Shown here in pieces: positions 37,519 through 51,131 of a stretch of DNA of 64,000 nt; positions within the stretch are counted from its first letter, which is position 1; each line of letters starts with the position of its first letter. This stretch comes from Podarcis vaucheri (Eukaryota): NCBI GenBank assembly GCA_965113315.1, contig OZ220369.1; one strand, 5' to 3'. Under the pieces are notes generated by a model, which had not been told where the DNA came from, did not search any database, and saw nothing but the letters and a program-made list of their open reading frames with translations. A program made the position numbers and the translations under genes.

Positions 37519-37630
37519 ATGATGAAGCTGACCTGCATGTTCTCCTTCATCCTGCTGTTTGGAGCAGCTGGGCTGGTTGTCTTCATCCACCTGCAGGATC
37601 CAGAAGAAATTGTTCATCAGCAAACACCAG
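37519..37630 (+). CDS. CHST8: First coding exon of carbohydrate sulfotransferase 8 (GalNAc-4-O-sulfotransferase 1); encodes the cytoplasmic tail and type II Golgi membrane anchor. The exon including 5'UTR spans 37408-37630.
   Basis: Translates to MMKLTCMFSFILLFGAAGLVVFIHLQDPEEIVHQQTP(G), closely matching the recalled mammalian CHST8 N-terminus (MRLACMFSSILLFGAAGLLLFISLQDPTELAPQQVPG). Pyrimidine-rich acceptor ends cccacag at 37407; phase-1 donor CAG|gttaga at 37630/37631. No downstream coding exons were recognised in the window. Confidence 0.92.
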
Positions 37631-40600
37631 GTTAGACTTTGGTTTTAACATATTATCTTCTCATGTTTTTCCCCCCACCTGAATTGTTTGTTTGGACAAA
37701 ATCATTCTCCTTGGTGAGAAATGTTCATGGTGACCAAGAGGTCTGTATTTGTCTGTTGGAAATGTTCATATTGTCAAGTGAAGGAAGGTTTCTCTCCCCC
37801 CTCTCCCAGTTAAATATGCTTGCAGTGAGTTTTCATGGAGGGAGAAGGCACATCAGAAAAGCACTGTCTGAAGTGCTTCCCCCCTCTTTAAAAGGGATTG
37901 GGAATTGGAGTGAGCTGCGAAGGAAAGGGTGGGCAAGTGGTGAGGGGATTTGCAAGAAGGTGGGTGAGATGTCAAGGGAGGGGGTTGCTCAGGCATGGGG
38001 GAAAGTTGGTTGGCAATGGGGTTGGTAGGTAGGCAGGGTTGCTGAATGGAACGAGCAGGGTCCGCAGCCCCTTGCTCAGTATAAAAATGAAAACAGAAAA
38101 ATTCAACACAGCCTGGTTCTCGCTACAAACAGTGTGATCTGCCACTTATGCACTACCAAAGCACACAATTGTTCTCCATCAAGTGATACCGGTTTAATGG
38201 AGGTTGATGTGTATGAAGAGACCCAGTTATCCCCTTCTATCCCTCCTTCATAGCTGAACAGATTTGCACCACTTCCGGATTGCACCTGAACATCTGCCTC
38301 AAAACTAGATGCGTCCTCGTTCTCCATGCATCCCACCTCCTCAAAAGTAGAGCAGAATTATACTCTGGAGGAGAGAGTCATTGCTCATTGTTAATGCATT
38401 CAGTCCAGTTTAATTTGGGATAGTGTAGCTTATAAAACAAGGTTAATAAAAGATGGTCTGCTTCCTTCACATTCTCTGTCTGCTCTAGAAAGTGTTCTTT
38501 ATTGTTTTTAGCCCGAGCAACCACGATACAAAACCCTTGATGTACTACTTAAGCCAGAATAAAACGAGAGTCATAAAACTTTAAGTAATGCTTACATTAC
38601 TTTCCGTCAGCAAAGTGCTCCTGACAGTAGCTGTTTGTGTTGATTTGTTACCATTCATTTATCCTTTCCCCGTGCTTCACACTGCAACCTAATTGTAANN
38701 NNNNNNNNNNNNNNNNNNNNNNNNNNNNNNNNNNNNNNNNNNNNNNNNNNNNNNNNNNNNNNNNNNNNNNNNNNNNNNNNNNNNNNNNNNNNNNNNNNNN
38801 NNNNNNNNNNNNNNNNNNNNNNNNNNNNNNNNNNNNNNNNNNNNNNCTATATAGATAGATAGATATTCCCCAGAATGGTGGTGGTTGTACTTAGAGCCTC
38901 AGCCCGCCCCCTTTTCTGGTAGTTGACAAACATCCTGATACTTAGACTTTGGTACCTGACATTCACTCTTAACAGGAACAGTTTTTGATGGACAGCACTT
39001 TGCAAAGAACAAAACAGATTTTGTGAATGTCTGCATTAACTGTGGAACGTATTTCGTTGGCTATGACAAGCGTAGTAGCTTCACTGAGAGCAGATACTTG
39101 TAGGGATGTTATTACAAAAGAATGGCGGAATGAAAATTTATAGGGCTGCTCTGAATGCTCTGCATTTCCAGCATTTGCTTCGGAAACAATATATTGGAGG
39201 GAGCTAAAGAGGCTGCCACATCCCACTCCCACCTTTCCTTCTGAATATTTGTATCCTTCTGTCCTGCTTTTCTGGGCTTGCTCACATGTTACACTTACAG
39301 AGGTGTGAGCTGTTTCTACGCACGTGCAAGTGTTTGTGTGAAAGGGTCTGTACTTGTTGATTTGTACAGCTCAGCCATCGCATGCACAGACTGTGCAGCC
39401 ATTGAGTGGAATGTTTGAGAACCCCAGCTGTCTTTTCCTGCCAGTGGCTGCTGTTCTTCCTTGGCCATGAAGGCTCTTGGCTTCTTTCTCCACCCCGTTG
39501 CTGAATCAAAGGGGCTGTAGTCTTGTTCACAGGTGCCCATGATGTTATTAGTTTAGATACAGTGCTGTGAAATTATCAGCAAAATCTTGGGGAACGCCAA
39601 CAGGATTAAGTGGTTGCGTTGGCAAATGAGGTGAAGGACTATGAGGTGAGGAAGGAGGAAAATGGCTTCAATGAGAAGTGCTGTACCAAACCTATGTACA
39701 TGTCTTTGTAGTTGAGGACATGAGAGAGGAGCGGCGGGGGGGGGGTAGGAGGTGCTTTTCAACATGAAACGAAGTAAGACAGCCTTTCCAGTGCTTTCCT
39801 AGAAATTAGTTTTGATACTGGTATATATGAGACGGTAATGGAAGTGAAGGGAGTGAGAAAGTAGCATCATTGTGATGGAGGGGGCATTCAGACGTGGGGA
39901 ATATTGTGTCAATTTTTCTGGTGATAATGCAAGCACTTTGCTGATGTTCCTTTCACACTGCAACACCTGTTGCATTATGGAATGGTGGGTCTTTTTGACT
40001 GATATACTGGCATGTTGCATGGGTGTAATGCAAAGCAACACCAAATGTCACTGTAGAACATTGCTACTCTCTCGCTCTTCCCACATAGGTCTGCTTCTGG
40101 TCCTCCATTGATTCTCCCATGAAAACAGTAGGAAAGAACTGCATGTGGCTTTACCACCCCACAATTTTCCAGATTAAGGGGGCTGCAAATGTATTTTTTT
40201 CTGGAATCAAATTACACAGAAATGAATGCTCAATGTAAGCTAGATTCCATTAGTTTTCCGGAACTGTCTTTTACATCTTGTGAAAGCTCAAATACAATTT
40301 TGAAATTAGCCGTTTGGTAAACCTTAGGGAAATGGATTAAATCGTTATGTGAATGCAGCCAGATTTCTGTAAATTCTCCTACCTGCATTGGGAGTCCTTC
40401 AGTCCAATGCATAACTATATTTAGTGTCTGTTCTTAAATTTAAAACTGGGGGTTTAAGCCTGTATCTTCAGTGGTGCCTTTCCCTTAAAAAAAAGGAAAC
40501 TTTCCTTCCCTTTTCCTTATTTCCCCCATACTTTATTTATTATATTTCCTTAGGTTCAAATCCCACTTTCTTCCATCATGGAACCCAGGGTGGTATGCTG

Positions 40601-42315
40601 GTGGTTCCCAGGCAGTCCTCTATCTACATTACTGAGCAGACCCTGACCTGCTTAGCTTTAGCAGCATGGTGGTTTCATATGGCTTCAGAAGACCTGTAGG
40701 GACAATGTCATGCAGTGGTTAGTGTGTTGGAGACTCTAGCTCAGTGTCAAGCTTCAGGGAATTGGCTTCCTTCCCTGCTTTGGCAGAAGATAAGCAGAAC
40801 AAAAGGAGCCTCTTACCCGTTAGAAACTTTAATGATCACAGCGAGAGAACAAAGAATTCATTTCTAGGAATGAAGCTGCTCCCAATTAAAGGTCCCACCC
40901 ACTTTCTCCCTAGTCACCCACATCACTCCCGCGTCTTGTAACCTGATCTCGCAACCATTGTGCTTTCTGTGCTGCCACCTTATCTGCTCTTCGTGACCTT
41001 GGGCTAAGCGGATGGACACTTTCAAGCGGCAGTCAGTCAGTTAACTCCCTCACATTTCTCCTCTTCTTAGCTGTTCCCCAACCAGTACCTCCCAGCTTCT
41101 GCCTTCTGAACTATGTCCCTCTGCAAACCACTGTTCCAAATCTATACTGTCCTCCTGTTCCTGGGAAGATTCAGGATCCTGATCAGGAACAGGGGGAGGG
41201 GGAGGCTCTCACCATTCCTTCTCACTGCGGTCCTCCTCAGCGCAGTCCCTGACACTCAGATTGACATTCAGCCATGACTCACTGGGTGGCCTTGAGCCAC
41301 TGTTGCTAACTCTCAGCCTAACCTACCTCACAATATTGTTATGAAAGTTTAAAACAAGGGAAAGGGGGAATATATCTATACCAACTCAAGCTTCTTGGAA
41401 GAAAGGTGGGATATCAATGTACAAAGTAATAAAAAGAAAATGCTTCATGGACTTCATTCATTATTGACTGCCTTCAGTATAATGCACCTCCACCTTTCGT
41501 TACTACTCAGGTATTCCATGCATTTGGGGATCAGGCTCAGTGTCTATGCCTATGCCTATATGTATATGTATATGTATGCCAAATTTGCATGCAGCAAATT
41601 AGACATTGGCTAAGTGGTGGGAAATGTCTAAAAAGTTGTCTAAGGCTGGACAGTTTTTAAAAAAAACCTCTTTTCTAAGGAGCAATGAAAGGGCAATTAA
41701 GCAAAGTCAGGGTGGGGAGGCAATGAAGTGACAAAGAGGTCTCTGGGGTGGAGAGAGATCAATAGGTGAATGTGCAGGCAGATTTCCCTCTAAGGTTGAG
41801 GGAGAGAGGCAGAAGAATAAGAGGAGTCAGGAGCAAACATTTGTCCATGCAACCTACTTGCAGAGCTAAGGAATGCTGTATTCAGGTTAATACCTGTTTT
41901 CTAAGGCAAATAGTCTAAAGTTGGGGGGAGAAATTTACCAAACAAATTTGACCTTCCTGTGATGTTTCACAAACTGAAACACAGTGAATCTTCAAAATTT
42001 GCCCTTCTCCAAATGTTGTGATTCAGTTCCAAACAATGTGTAGAGAAATGTGTTTGTGTACATGTACACCCACACCCACCCACCCACTCACACACAATTC
42101 TGGGAATATTATATATTACTGGGAGTAACATTCAAAAATGCATCATATCATCAGAGGAGAATCCTTGCAAAAAATGGGCATATTGGGTAACATTGTCTAC
42201 AATACAATAATGTGCATATTAGCAGAAATGTGGGGGTAAAATGCTGGCAGATTTTTGTAATGACTTCTTTTTTAAAAAAATAAAATTGTGAACTGATGAG
42301 GAATTGTGGCAAGGC

Positions 42316-42616
42316 CCTGTGACGGGGTGAGCTCGCATTGTTCGGTCCCAGCTCCTGCCAACCTAGCAGTTTGAAAGCATGCAGTGCAAGTAGATAAATA
42401 GGTACCGCTCCAGTGGGAAGGTAAATGGTGTTTCCGTGTGCTGCTCTGGTTCGCCAGAAGGGGACTTAGTCATGCTGGCCACATGACCCGGAAAAACTGT
42501 CTGCGGAAGTGGACAAACTCTAGCTCCCTCAGCCTATAAAGTGAGATGCACACCGCAACCCCAGAGTCATTCACGACTGGACATAACTGTCAGGGGTCCC
42601 TTTACCTTTATCTTTA
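42316..42616 (+). mobile_element. 5'-truncated Sauria SINE of a different subfamily
   Basis: Core ggtcccagctcctgccaacctagcagtttgaaagca...gtagataaataggtacc and a cctttaccttta tail. Confidence 0.8.
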
Positions 42617-45600
42617 AACATAGATTGTAGAGTGGAATGAGAATGCATTTCGCATCCCATTAGTGTGGGAGTGAGATTTTCCACATCTGTGTTCCTCCAA
42701 GAAAAAGACTTACTTGGTTTGACACGGGCTTGGGGCCTTTTCATCAGGTGCCGTCTGCTGCCAATCAGAGAGGGGAGAGGAGCTTGCCTTCTAAGCCAAC
42801 TCCACACCCTAAACGTTGCAGTTTTCTCTTTGCTGCACCCTCCCCAATGCAGTAGATGCTCTGTTCATTGCCTGTTCAAGGGCTAAGCAGGAATCTTGGC
42901 AGGAGTCCCTTCAGATGGCCTTGGCCTCTTCTCTTTTGCCTACTGCCTACTGCTGGGAGTCTTGTTTGGAGTGGCATTGTTCAATTGGTTCAGTTGGTGG
43001 TTAGTATGGGAAGTCAGTGTAAGAGTTAGGGATTAATCAAATGAGGCAGTGTTGGGTTAAGGGCCCTCTTGTCACCTTTTGTCATCGGGGTGCCCTTATG
43101 CTTGACACGCGTTCTGCGGTGAATGCTAAAACAGTGATGCCACAGTGCATGCCAAGACCAGATTTCCAGGGTGTTTGGAGCAAGGAGGAGGGGTTCCTGC
43201 CAATCCTTTCTTCTAACATCACAGGTGAAGCCAGTCAATCTGCCCATGACTCATAAGGGAATTTAACCCTCCGTTATTTTGATTTGGTTAATTTGCTTAT
43301 TGGTTTCATTATATTTCAATAGATACATCCTTTCCCCAAATTGCTGGTGTGTGAATTTTTCCCCAGGTGTGTTGGTAAAGTGGGAGAACCTGGAAATAGA
43401 CACATTCACCCATCCCTGCCAGGACAACATGGAAGCTTTAGCTTCGGAGTGCATAGTTTTCTTCCAGTGTTTTCTGGAACAAATCATGTGAAAATCCATC
43501 ACAGAAATTGTTCTATAGTTAATCCCATTGAATGCACGCTGTAAATCCTTAGGGTTAAACCCATATTCTCCTTTGTAAACATTTGGTAGAATGGGCTGTT
43601 TATTCGTTCATGCATTAGAGAGCTATTGCCTTCTGTGTTGCTCATTCTGATTCAAAAATAATGGTAAGGACATGGATAGGAACTTCTGCAAAATAGTTTT
43701 CAGGTAAGGTGGAAAACTTGTTCTATTAGGGGTATTAAATGTTGCAGTTTGCACATCTCCTAACAAGGTATTTATATAAGGACATCTTCTGCACCTTGGG
43801 AGGTTTGGTGCCCAAAGATTTTGCATTTATAGCATAATACTTGGTAATTGCCTGCACTGTTCTCATCCAGGTGTCACGAAACCAGCTAGCACTCTGGACT
43901 GGTCATGATTATTGCACTCAGCAGTGAAATCTCTCAGAATAATGACTATCCCATTATAAACAGGGGGAATTTATAATGAATCAATCAACACCTCTCCTTT
44001 GCCAGCCAGGACTGACCCCTTTAGCAATCTGAACAAGTCAAAGCCCCGCTAAAGGGAAGTGAAGAGTTGATGCAAATAATGAAAAAGTGGTCAGCCAGAA
44101 ACTTTGTCTCACTTTTTAAAGGTGTATTGAGACTCTCGTCTGTCTCGGGTCTCAGCAGGGATCAAGTTCCAAACTCAGCTGGGTTTGCATTTTGATGTGA
44201 GCCTACCTGGTGCTTCCTAAAACAACATGTAAACTGAAATTCAGCTCTCTGTTGAAACTCAATTTCCAAATTTTATGATGCATTTCTTGGCCAAGAAGCT
44301 GTGCAAGAGAATGTGCACATTAGGCAAAGTATGCAGAAAAATACTTATCATGTTGAAAATAATATACAGATTGTTGGCTGGTTATAGGGATCATGCAACT
44401 CCCTTGCTATAACAGCCCCAACGGTTAGCAGTCTGTTTCCGGGCATGATTCAAAATGCTGGTTATCACCTGTAAAGCCATATGTAGCTGAAGTCCAAGCT
44501 ATCTGGAAGACTGTATTCCCTCATACAAACCTGCCCACGTTTTGAGATCTTTATGGCAGGTCCTTCTCTTGGTCAGATATTGCAGCCAAGGCTTTGTCAG
44601 CTTTATCCATAAAGTTACAATGCAGGAAAAATGCACAGCTTTCCATGTTCCCAGCATCAGCCTGCATTTTGGTTTTTTGAAGTACTGAGTCAGCTTTCAA
44701 GATACATATTAAAATGATATATCTGTGAGCTTGCAGGAAGCAAACAATAAACTCAAATAACAATGATTAGCAAATACTTTGAGCAGGAAATGTACACATC
44801 CTATGTTGACTGAACCATAATTCAGAACCCCTATTCATGAGCAGTTGTTTGCACATATGAGTCCCCTTGCAAGCAGCCATGCTCAGTGTGTGGAGCTAGC
44901 ACAGTGATCTGATGATGCCAGGGGTGGGATGAGGAGTGTGGGCCCACTCTGGTTTAAAATTTTGTGTGCTCTGCACATGAGCAGTGCACAAATAGGGCTT
45001 ATCTCTAGCTAGGATATCAGCTTTTGCAAAACAGAACGATATCTCTTCAGCAGACAGTAAGAGTGTGCCCACTTGATGCAATTTCTACACAACATAAAAC
45101 AACCTTGGATTGGAATGGATACCACACTTTGTTTGCCCATCAAAAATCTCCAGCATCCTGTGTAAGCCTTTCAAAGTAAGCCAGATGAAAATTTCTGGCT
45201 TTAGGTCAGCCTCAGGTCAGAAGGTTAAAACCCTTAAATGTCAAGTATAATCTTGATACATGTCTAAAGAATATAAATCTAGGTTCAGGTGCCTATCTCT
45301 GCCCAGTCTCAGATTTGTGTGTGTTCATTTTTCTTTTTGGTTGCCTGTTTATGAATCAATAACTTTAGAGGTGTTTTAAAATCCATGGAGGTTGAATTTT
45401 GTTATCAGCAACTGTGCGCTGTCCTGCCTCATCCTACCCCCAACTCACTGGCTTTGTACAGAATACTGCACTGTAAGAGATTATGAGAGGAACACCTTGG
45501 GGGGGGGGGAATCTGAATTACCATTTAAAAAGTTGAGGACTCTTGATTGACTTTATATCCCACTGTCCCATCTGCCCGCAAGGAGCCCAGAGTGGCAGAC

Positions 45601-46334
45601 ACAGAGCCGAAAAAGGAAACATTCTAAACCAGTTAAAACATTCTAAAAACAGTTGCAGTTAAAAACATTCTTCCATTCAGTGGCAACTCATGGCCAGGCC
45701 TGAACCCACATTGGAGTGGAATTAAATAATCCATGTAAATTAAGAATGCCTGCAGCAGCCCCACTACAACTTTCTCCACCACCATCACCCTAAAGGGAGT
45801 ATTTGTGACTAGTCAATAGTTATTGCAGTCCAAGGTGTCCAGGGCCAGTTGTTTTAGAACTGCCAGTGCCACCACTTCATGCAAGCAGGGACCACTCTCA
45901 TGCAATGAAGCATTAATCATGCTCTGGAACCAACCAGCCAACCCCCTACTGCTAGCCAGGAGGGACAGGGAGCAGGGGAGCATGTGGTTGGGCATGTAGC
46001 CTCCAGCACTGTGTCCACATCAGCTGACTGCATCTGCTGAAACTGATCCCACAATACATCACCGACTCTGACATTGGTTACATCATCTGCAACTGCAGTA
46101 ACAGGTCATCCAGACGTCCGATGACTTTATCCTCAAAGTGTGTAGCCATATAAATTTTTATGAAACAAACAGTGAGCATAAGAACATAACACGCGTCTGC
46201 TGGATCAGGCCAATGGACCACCTAGTCCAGCATCCTGTTCTCACAATGGTCAACCAGATGCCCTGTTGGGAAACCCTCAAGCTAGACATGAGCACAAGAG
46301 TGCTCTCTGCCCAGATGCAATTGCTGGCAACTGG

Positions 46335-46627
46335 AAGAAGAAGAAGAAGAAGAAGAAGAAGAAGAAGAAGAGGAGGAGGAGGAGGAGGAGGATGATTTGA
46401 TATCCCACCTTTCACTCCCCTTCAGGAGTTTCAAAGCAGCTAACAATCTCCTTTTCCCTTCCTCCCCCACAACAAACACTCTGTGAGGTGAGTGGGGCTG
46501 AGAGACTTCAGAGAAGTGTGACTAGCCCAAGGTCACCCAGCAGCTGCATGTGGAGGAGCGGAGACGCGAACCCGGTTCCCCAGATTACATGACTACCGCT
46601 CTTAACCACTACACCACACTGGCTCTC
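46335..46627 (-). mobile_element. Squam2-like SINE with an expanded (CCT)n(CTT)n tail
   Basis: Same body as the 24408 copy; the tail forms an (AAG)n(GAG)n microsatellite at 46335-46391. Confidence 0.85.
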
Positions 46628-47786
46628 TGGTATAGAGCTGAGAGGCCTCCTTCCTGTGACAGAAGCTCACTGCATTCAGGTGAACCGTGTGCCTGTGCCC
46701 ACGCTGCAAGCAGACTTGGCCCAGGTATTATGCTGCCTGAAGTCAAGGACCAGACGGTGCCCCTTCCCATTATGTGCACAGCATCCACCAGAACTGTCAG
46801 TTGAATCTTCCTTCAACACTGATGAGGGGACAACATTCTCCACTGTACCTGAGTGCAGAAGGCTGCCTAAGGAGGTATACAGCAGGTTAACTGAGCGACT
46901 TAGCAGGAAGGGTAGGGAGATTGCTGCTGCCACCCCCAGCTTCTGCCACCTGAGGCAGAGGACTCAGTCTGTCTAACAGTAGAGTCCATCCTGAATGTCA
47001 GCTGTAAATCTGTACTCCCTCTGTGGGAGTACGATCTGTGGGGACCACTTTTAGAATGTAATGTCCTTCATCCTATGTCTGATCAATCAGCCTAGTTTGG
47101 TCTGCCTATGAGAGAGAGAGAGAAACAGGGCAGGGAGATTGTACTGAGCCAGGTGACCAGAGATCGGCTCCCTTGCATTTTGCTCCTCTCAGCTTATCAG
47201 AGCTGCTTGAGCATCGAGATCTGCATCAGCGCCACTCTGTGATTCCTTGCAATTACTTATTCCAAACACATGCACACATCATGTTAGGTACAAATTACAG
47301 AGTGGTGTACACAACTCGGCGATAACTGCTCATCTCCATAATGCTCTCCCACTCTACAATGCACAGCTTGTTATCTTTACAAGGAACTTAAAAAAAGAGA
47401 AAAAAAACATTGACAAAGCAATTGAGGATAAATGGGAAAGCTATATGCAGTTTAGAAGAAAGCTTGTACCCTTTTAAGCTATCAAAAATAAAGGTAACAT
47501 CATGTGCTGGCGCTAATGCCAACAATGCGAGTGACACTATCCAGAATGGTCTAAGATACAATAAGAAAGCAATCACTTTTTTATACACAAATCTTATGTT
47601 TGTGAAACATAAGGCAAGTTTTGGGTAGGTCACATGATTATTCTTCAAGCACAAATGAAAATCTGCAGGATTAACAGTGTCCCAGAAGTGAGCATGCAGA
47701 TCCATCACAAGCAGATACAATGCAAATAGTTCTGGGCATTCAGATGGCAGCTCAACAGCAAACACTTAGTCCAGGGTTTTAAAAAC

Positions 47787-48540
47787 TTATTTAGGGAACC
47801 TTGGCCTCATCAGTTGGACTAACTCCACATTGGTGAAGACTCTGTTGAAGAGTCTGCTGCACATTAAGTCCATTTGGGGCACTGACCAGACCTTCTGGGT
47901 CTCACTGTTGCCTGGAGAAAACTTAAGAGTGTGCCTTAGATGTTCTGCCCTGACCACAGTTGAGAGTTGACTGGCAGACACAACAGATGTCTGAGAGTGG
48001 CTTAGAAGATGGATGTCAGGCAGCATCTGGATGTCAGGCTTACACCTGGATGTCAGGCTTACAGGACCTTGAACAGCTCCTATCACATGGTTTGCTTGAA
48101 TGGAAATCAAACTTAGGCCTTTTATTGGTGGGTGGGATTACCCTTTCAAGGCTCTGCCTCCTTCCTGAAAAGAGGGAAGTCTTCAAGTCATAGTCCTCCG
48201 GCATGGAGCTTAGCATCCCATCACATCTCAATCACTTGCAAGTTGGATGTGCAGCCCACGGGGAGCAAGAGACCCCCAGTGCAAAGAGGTCTGCTTCCTC
48301 GGAGAAATCTGGTTCAATATGGTACTGTCTCCTGGTTTTCCAGTTTGGAGGTCTCTGGCTCAAAGTGATCCTTGCTGATCAGCTCAGCATTGGTGTTCAG
48401 CATTCAGCTGTTGTTTCCCCGTCTTGTGTGCCAGCATCTTAGCTGCTGCTCTGTACTGGGGTCATGATACTGGAACACATACAGTACTGTATTGAACTTA
48501 TAGTGACTGGGAATTTGTCTTTTTGGAGAGATTGCCCACC
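47787..48540 (-). pseudogene. Candidate decayed coding segment or retrocopy of unknown identity
   Basis: A single frame of ~250 codons with four stops and one 19-nt tandem duplication; no TE hallmarks recognised. Confidence 0.35.
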
Positions 48541-49386
48541 TACCTTTAAAAAAACAACTTGAGGGGCATCCTTGTAGTTTCACTGCTTATGAATGCTCAA
48601 AGTGGCAGCATTTGTACACAATAATATATATTGGAGGGCCCCGTTTCCCCTCACAGAGCTACAATTCCCAGAGTTCCAGGTGAAGAGGGATTGATTCTTA
48701 AACCACTGTGGAAATTGCAACTCTCTGAAGGGAAGATAGGAGTCACCAGACAGCTCTCAGCACCTGTAAGAAACCACAGCTCCCAGAATTCATTGCGGGA
48801 AGCCATGGCTTAGAGTAGCATTGTAGCACTTTAAATGTATGGTGTGAATGAGGCCCTGGTCTAACAGTGCTCCTTTCTGCAGCATTTTATGCCAGTAGTC
48901 AGCTGAAGCGCTGTTGTTGAAAGGCCTGGCGTAAGTTTCATTTGAGGCTTCCCTGCACATTTTTCTCCTTTCCCTGACAGTGCCCTTTGTCTTTTCGACA
49001 GAGATTTGTTAAAGAGGTGTTTGTTTTCTTCAGACAATTCTATTTTTAAAACCTTCAGAGGCTGACACCTCTTTGTTGTTCCTGGCAAAATCAAAAGCAG
49101 CATGCTGTCAGGCAGCTCTATTTCTGATCGGGCACTAGGCAAGATATCACAGAGAAGAGAAACAAGAGTGCTGTGATGTGTCAAGAAAGATCAACAGTCT
49201 TGACTTAGAGGCTTAAAGGAAACATCCGCCTCAAAAAAAGCACCTGCCTTCCCCGCCCTTTCATACTGGTAGTCAAGAGACCTGTGGGGCATTTCTCCTT
49301 TTCCGTCTAAAATGCTGGACAAGACCCCTTCACTGGATGAGGGGATAGTATGGATGTAGGAGGCAGGAAATGTGATGAAACTAATA

Positions 49387-49612
49387 CACTGGTACCTCAG
49401 GTTACAAACTTAATTTGTTCTGGAGATCCGTTCTTAATCTGAAACTATTCGTAACCTGAGGTACCACTTTAGCTAATGGGGCCTCCCGCTGCCGCCACGC
49501 CGCCACCGCATGGTTTCTGTTCTCATCCTGAGGTAAAGTTCTTAACCCGAGGTACTACTTCCGGGTTAGTGGAGTCTGTAACCCGAAGTGTTTGTAACCT
49601 GAGGTACCACTG
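49387..49612. mobile_element. Tc1/mariner (Tigger-like) MITE, same family as 32401-32645
   Basis: TA-CACTGGTACCTCAGGTTACAAAC ... GTTTGTAACCTGAGGTACCACTG-TA; interior highly similar to the first copy. Confidence 0.85.
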
Positions 49613-49734
49613 TATAGGCAACTTCCAATTGCCATGGGGGTTACATTCCAAGGCCCCGCGCATTTAAGCGAAATCATGTGTGTTTGAAACACCATTGAAA
49701 AGCCTAGAAACACCTGGTTATGATGTGAATGTGG

Positions 49735-49909
49735 CCTTAGTCAGGCCCACTAGCCCATCTAGTACACTATTGTCTATGCTGATTGGCAGCATCTCTCCAG
49801 GGTTTCAGGCAGGAGTCGCTCCCAGCCCTACCTAGAGATGCTGTGGATTGAACCTGTGGTTTTCTGCATGCAAAGCAGATGCTCTACCACTGAGCCATGG
49901 CCCTTCCCC
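49735..49909 (-). mobile_element. Squam3-like tRNA-derived SINE
   Basis: Reverse complement reads GGGGAAGGGCCATGGCTCAGTGGTAGAGCATCTGCTTTGCATGCAGAAAACCACAGGTTCAATCC; partial relatives at about 29266-29360 (+) and 62760-62910 (-). Confidence 0.75.
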
Positions 49910-50725
49910 AATTATAGGGTTGTAGGCCATCTAATGCTCAGTGCAGGAGATCCCCAACAGATAGCTTCCCCACCTCTGCTTGAGGAGAACCTTTGAATTT
50001 ATTCAACACTGCTGCGTCAGTTAAATTCAAGAAGAGACTTCTTTTAACCTGAGGCCATGTGCATACACAGATGGGTAAAGAGCTGCTGGGGGCTGGTTGG
50101 GGTGGGTGGAGAAAGATGCAAGTGAACTGTGTGAAGCAAGAGCAATAGCAAAGTTGTGCATGCTCTGGTTCCAGAATTAATTTGAGTTAAACTGAAATGG
50201 AGTAAGAGTTGAATTCAGAGCCAAGACCAACAGAGGAACAATAAAGAATGGATCAGGGGGCATTGGCTTACCCCTGGCCCTTGTTACCAGTAAATTATTT
50301 CCAATCTATCTTGTTTTATGGCTGTGCTAGTTGGGGCTGATGGGGTTGGACTAGATGATCCTCAGGGTCCCTTCCAACTCTACAATTCTGTGGTTCTGTG
50401 ATTCTATGTACATGAAAATGTACCGTTTAATGGAGCTGTTGCTTCAGCACAACAATTTGTCAGGGGACAGCCCCAAATAAGTAAAGTACCCATATCCACC
50501 GAGGTAACCTTTGTGTATGTTCATGCTCAGGTTCTTAATCAACAGCTTTTTAAAAAATCTAATTAGCTAGTTAAGCTTGTTTGATGGCTTCAATTTATTT
50601 TGTTCGGGATATGGTTATTACCTTGTAAACAGGAGGCAATCTCTAGGAGTTACATAATTAACACTGGGAGAGAGACCTTTGCGCATATGTAAGATGGAGC
50701 TGGATTTCTTTTCTTGATGGAAACT

Positions 50726-51131
50726 AGGGATGGCAGAATCTCCTAGTGCCTCGTTTTCCCAATCTTAAATTCAGTTCTCAAATCTGCAGCAATTTGCATT
50801 AGAGAAACGGAATTGTAAAATTCAGATAAGGGCAAATTTTGAAGGATGGCTACATCTATTGAGGACAAACCTGGTTCAGAAAAAGGAGCACAGTTATATT
50901 TCATTTTTCACATTTCCCTGACTTCGCAATAGTTCTCAGCTTTAAAAAAATGCGTATTTTAGGATAAAATGCATGCAAAAATGTATATTTTGTGAAATAA
51001 CTTTAAAAAGAAAGTTAAATTGTGGGCAGTTCTATATATTTTTAAATGCAGATTGATGCATGAATGTATGGGCAGACTTACAGATAAAATGTGGAAAAGT
51101 CATGGTCTAGAAATTGACAGATCCATCCCTA
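50726..51131. mobile_element. Old hAT-like non-autonomous element of the TAGGGATGG family
   Basis: Inverted termini TAGGGATGG / CCATCCCTA; no clear TSD remains. Confidence 0.5.

Noticed and set aside
49840-49909. tRNA gene
   Set aside because: The tRNA-like head continues into a Squam3-like SINE body and lacks a proper acceptor stem.
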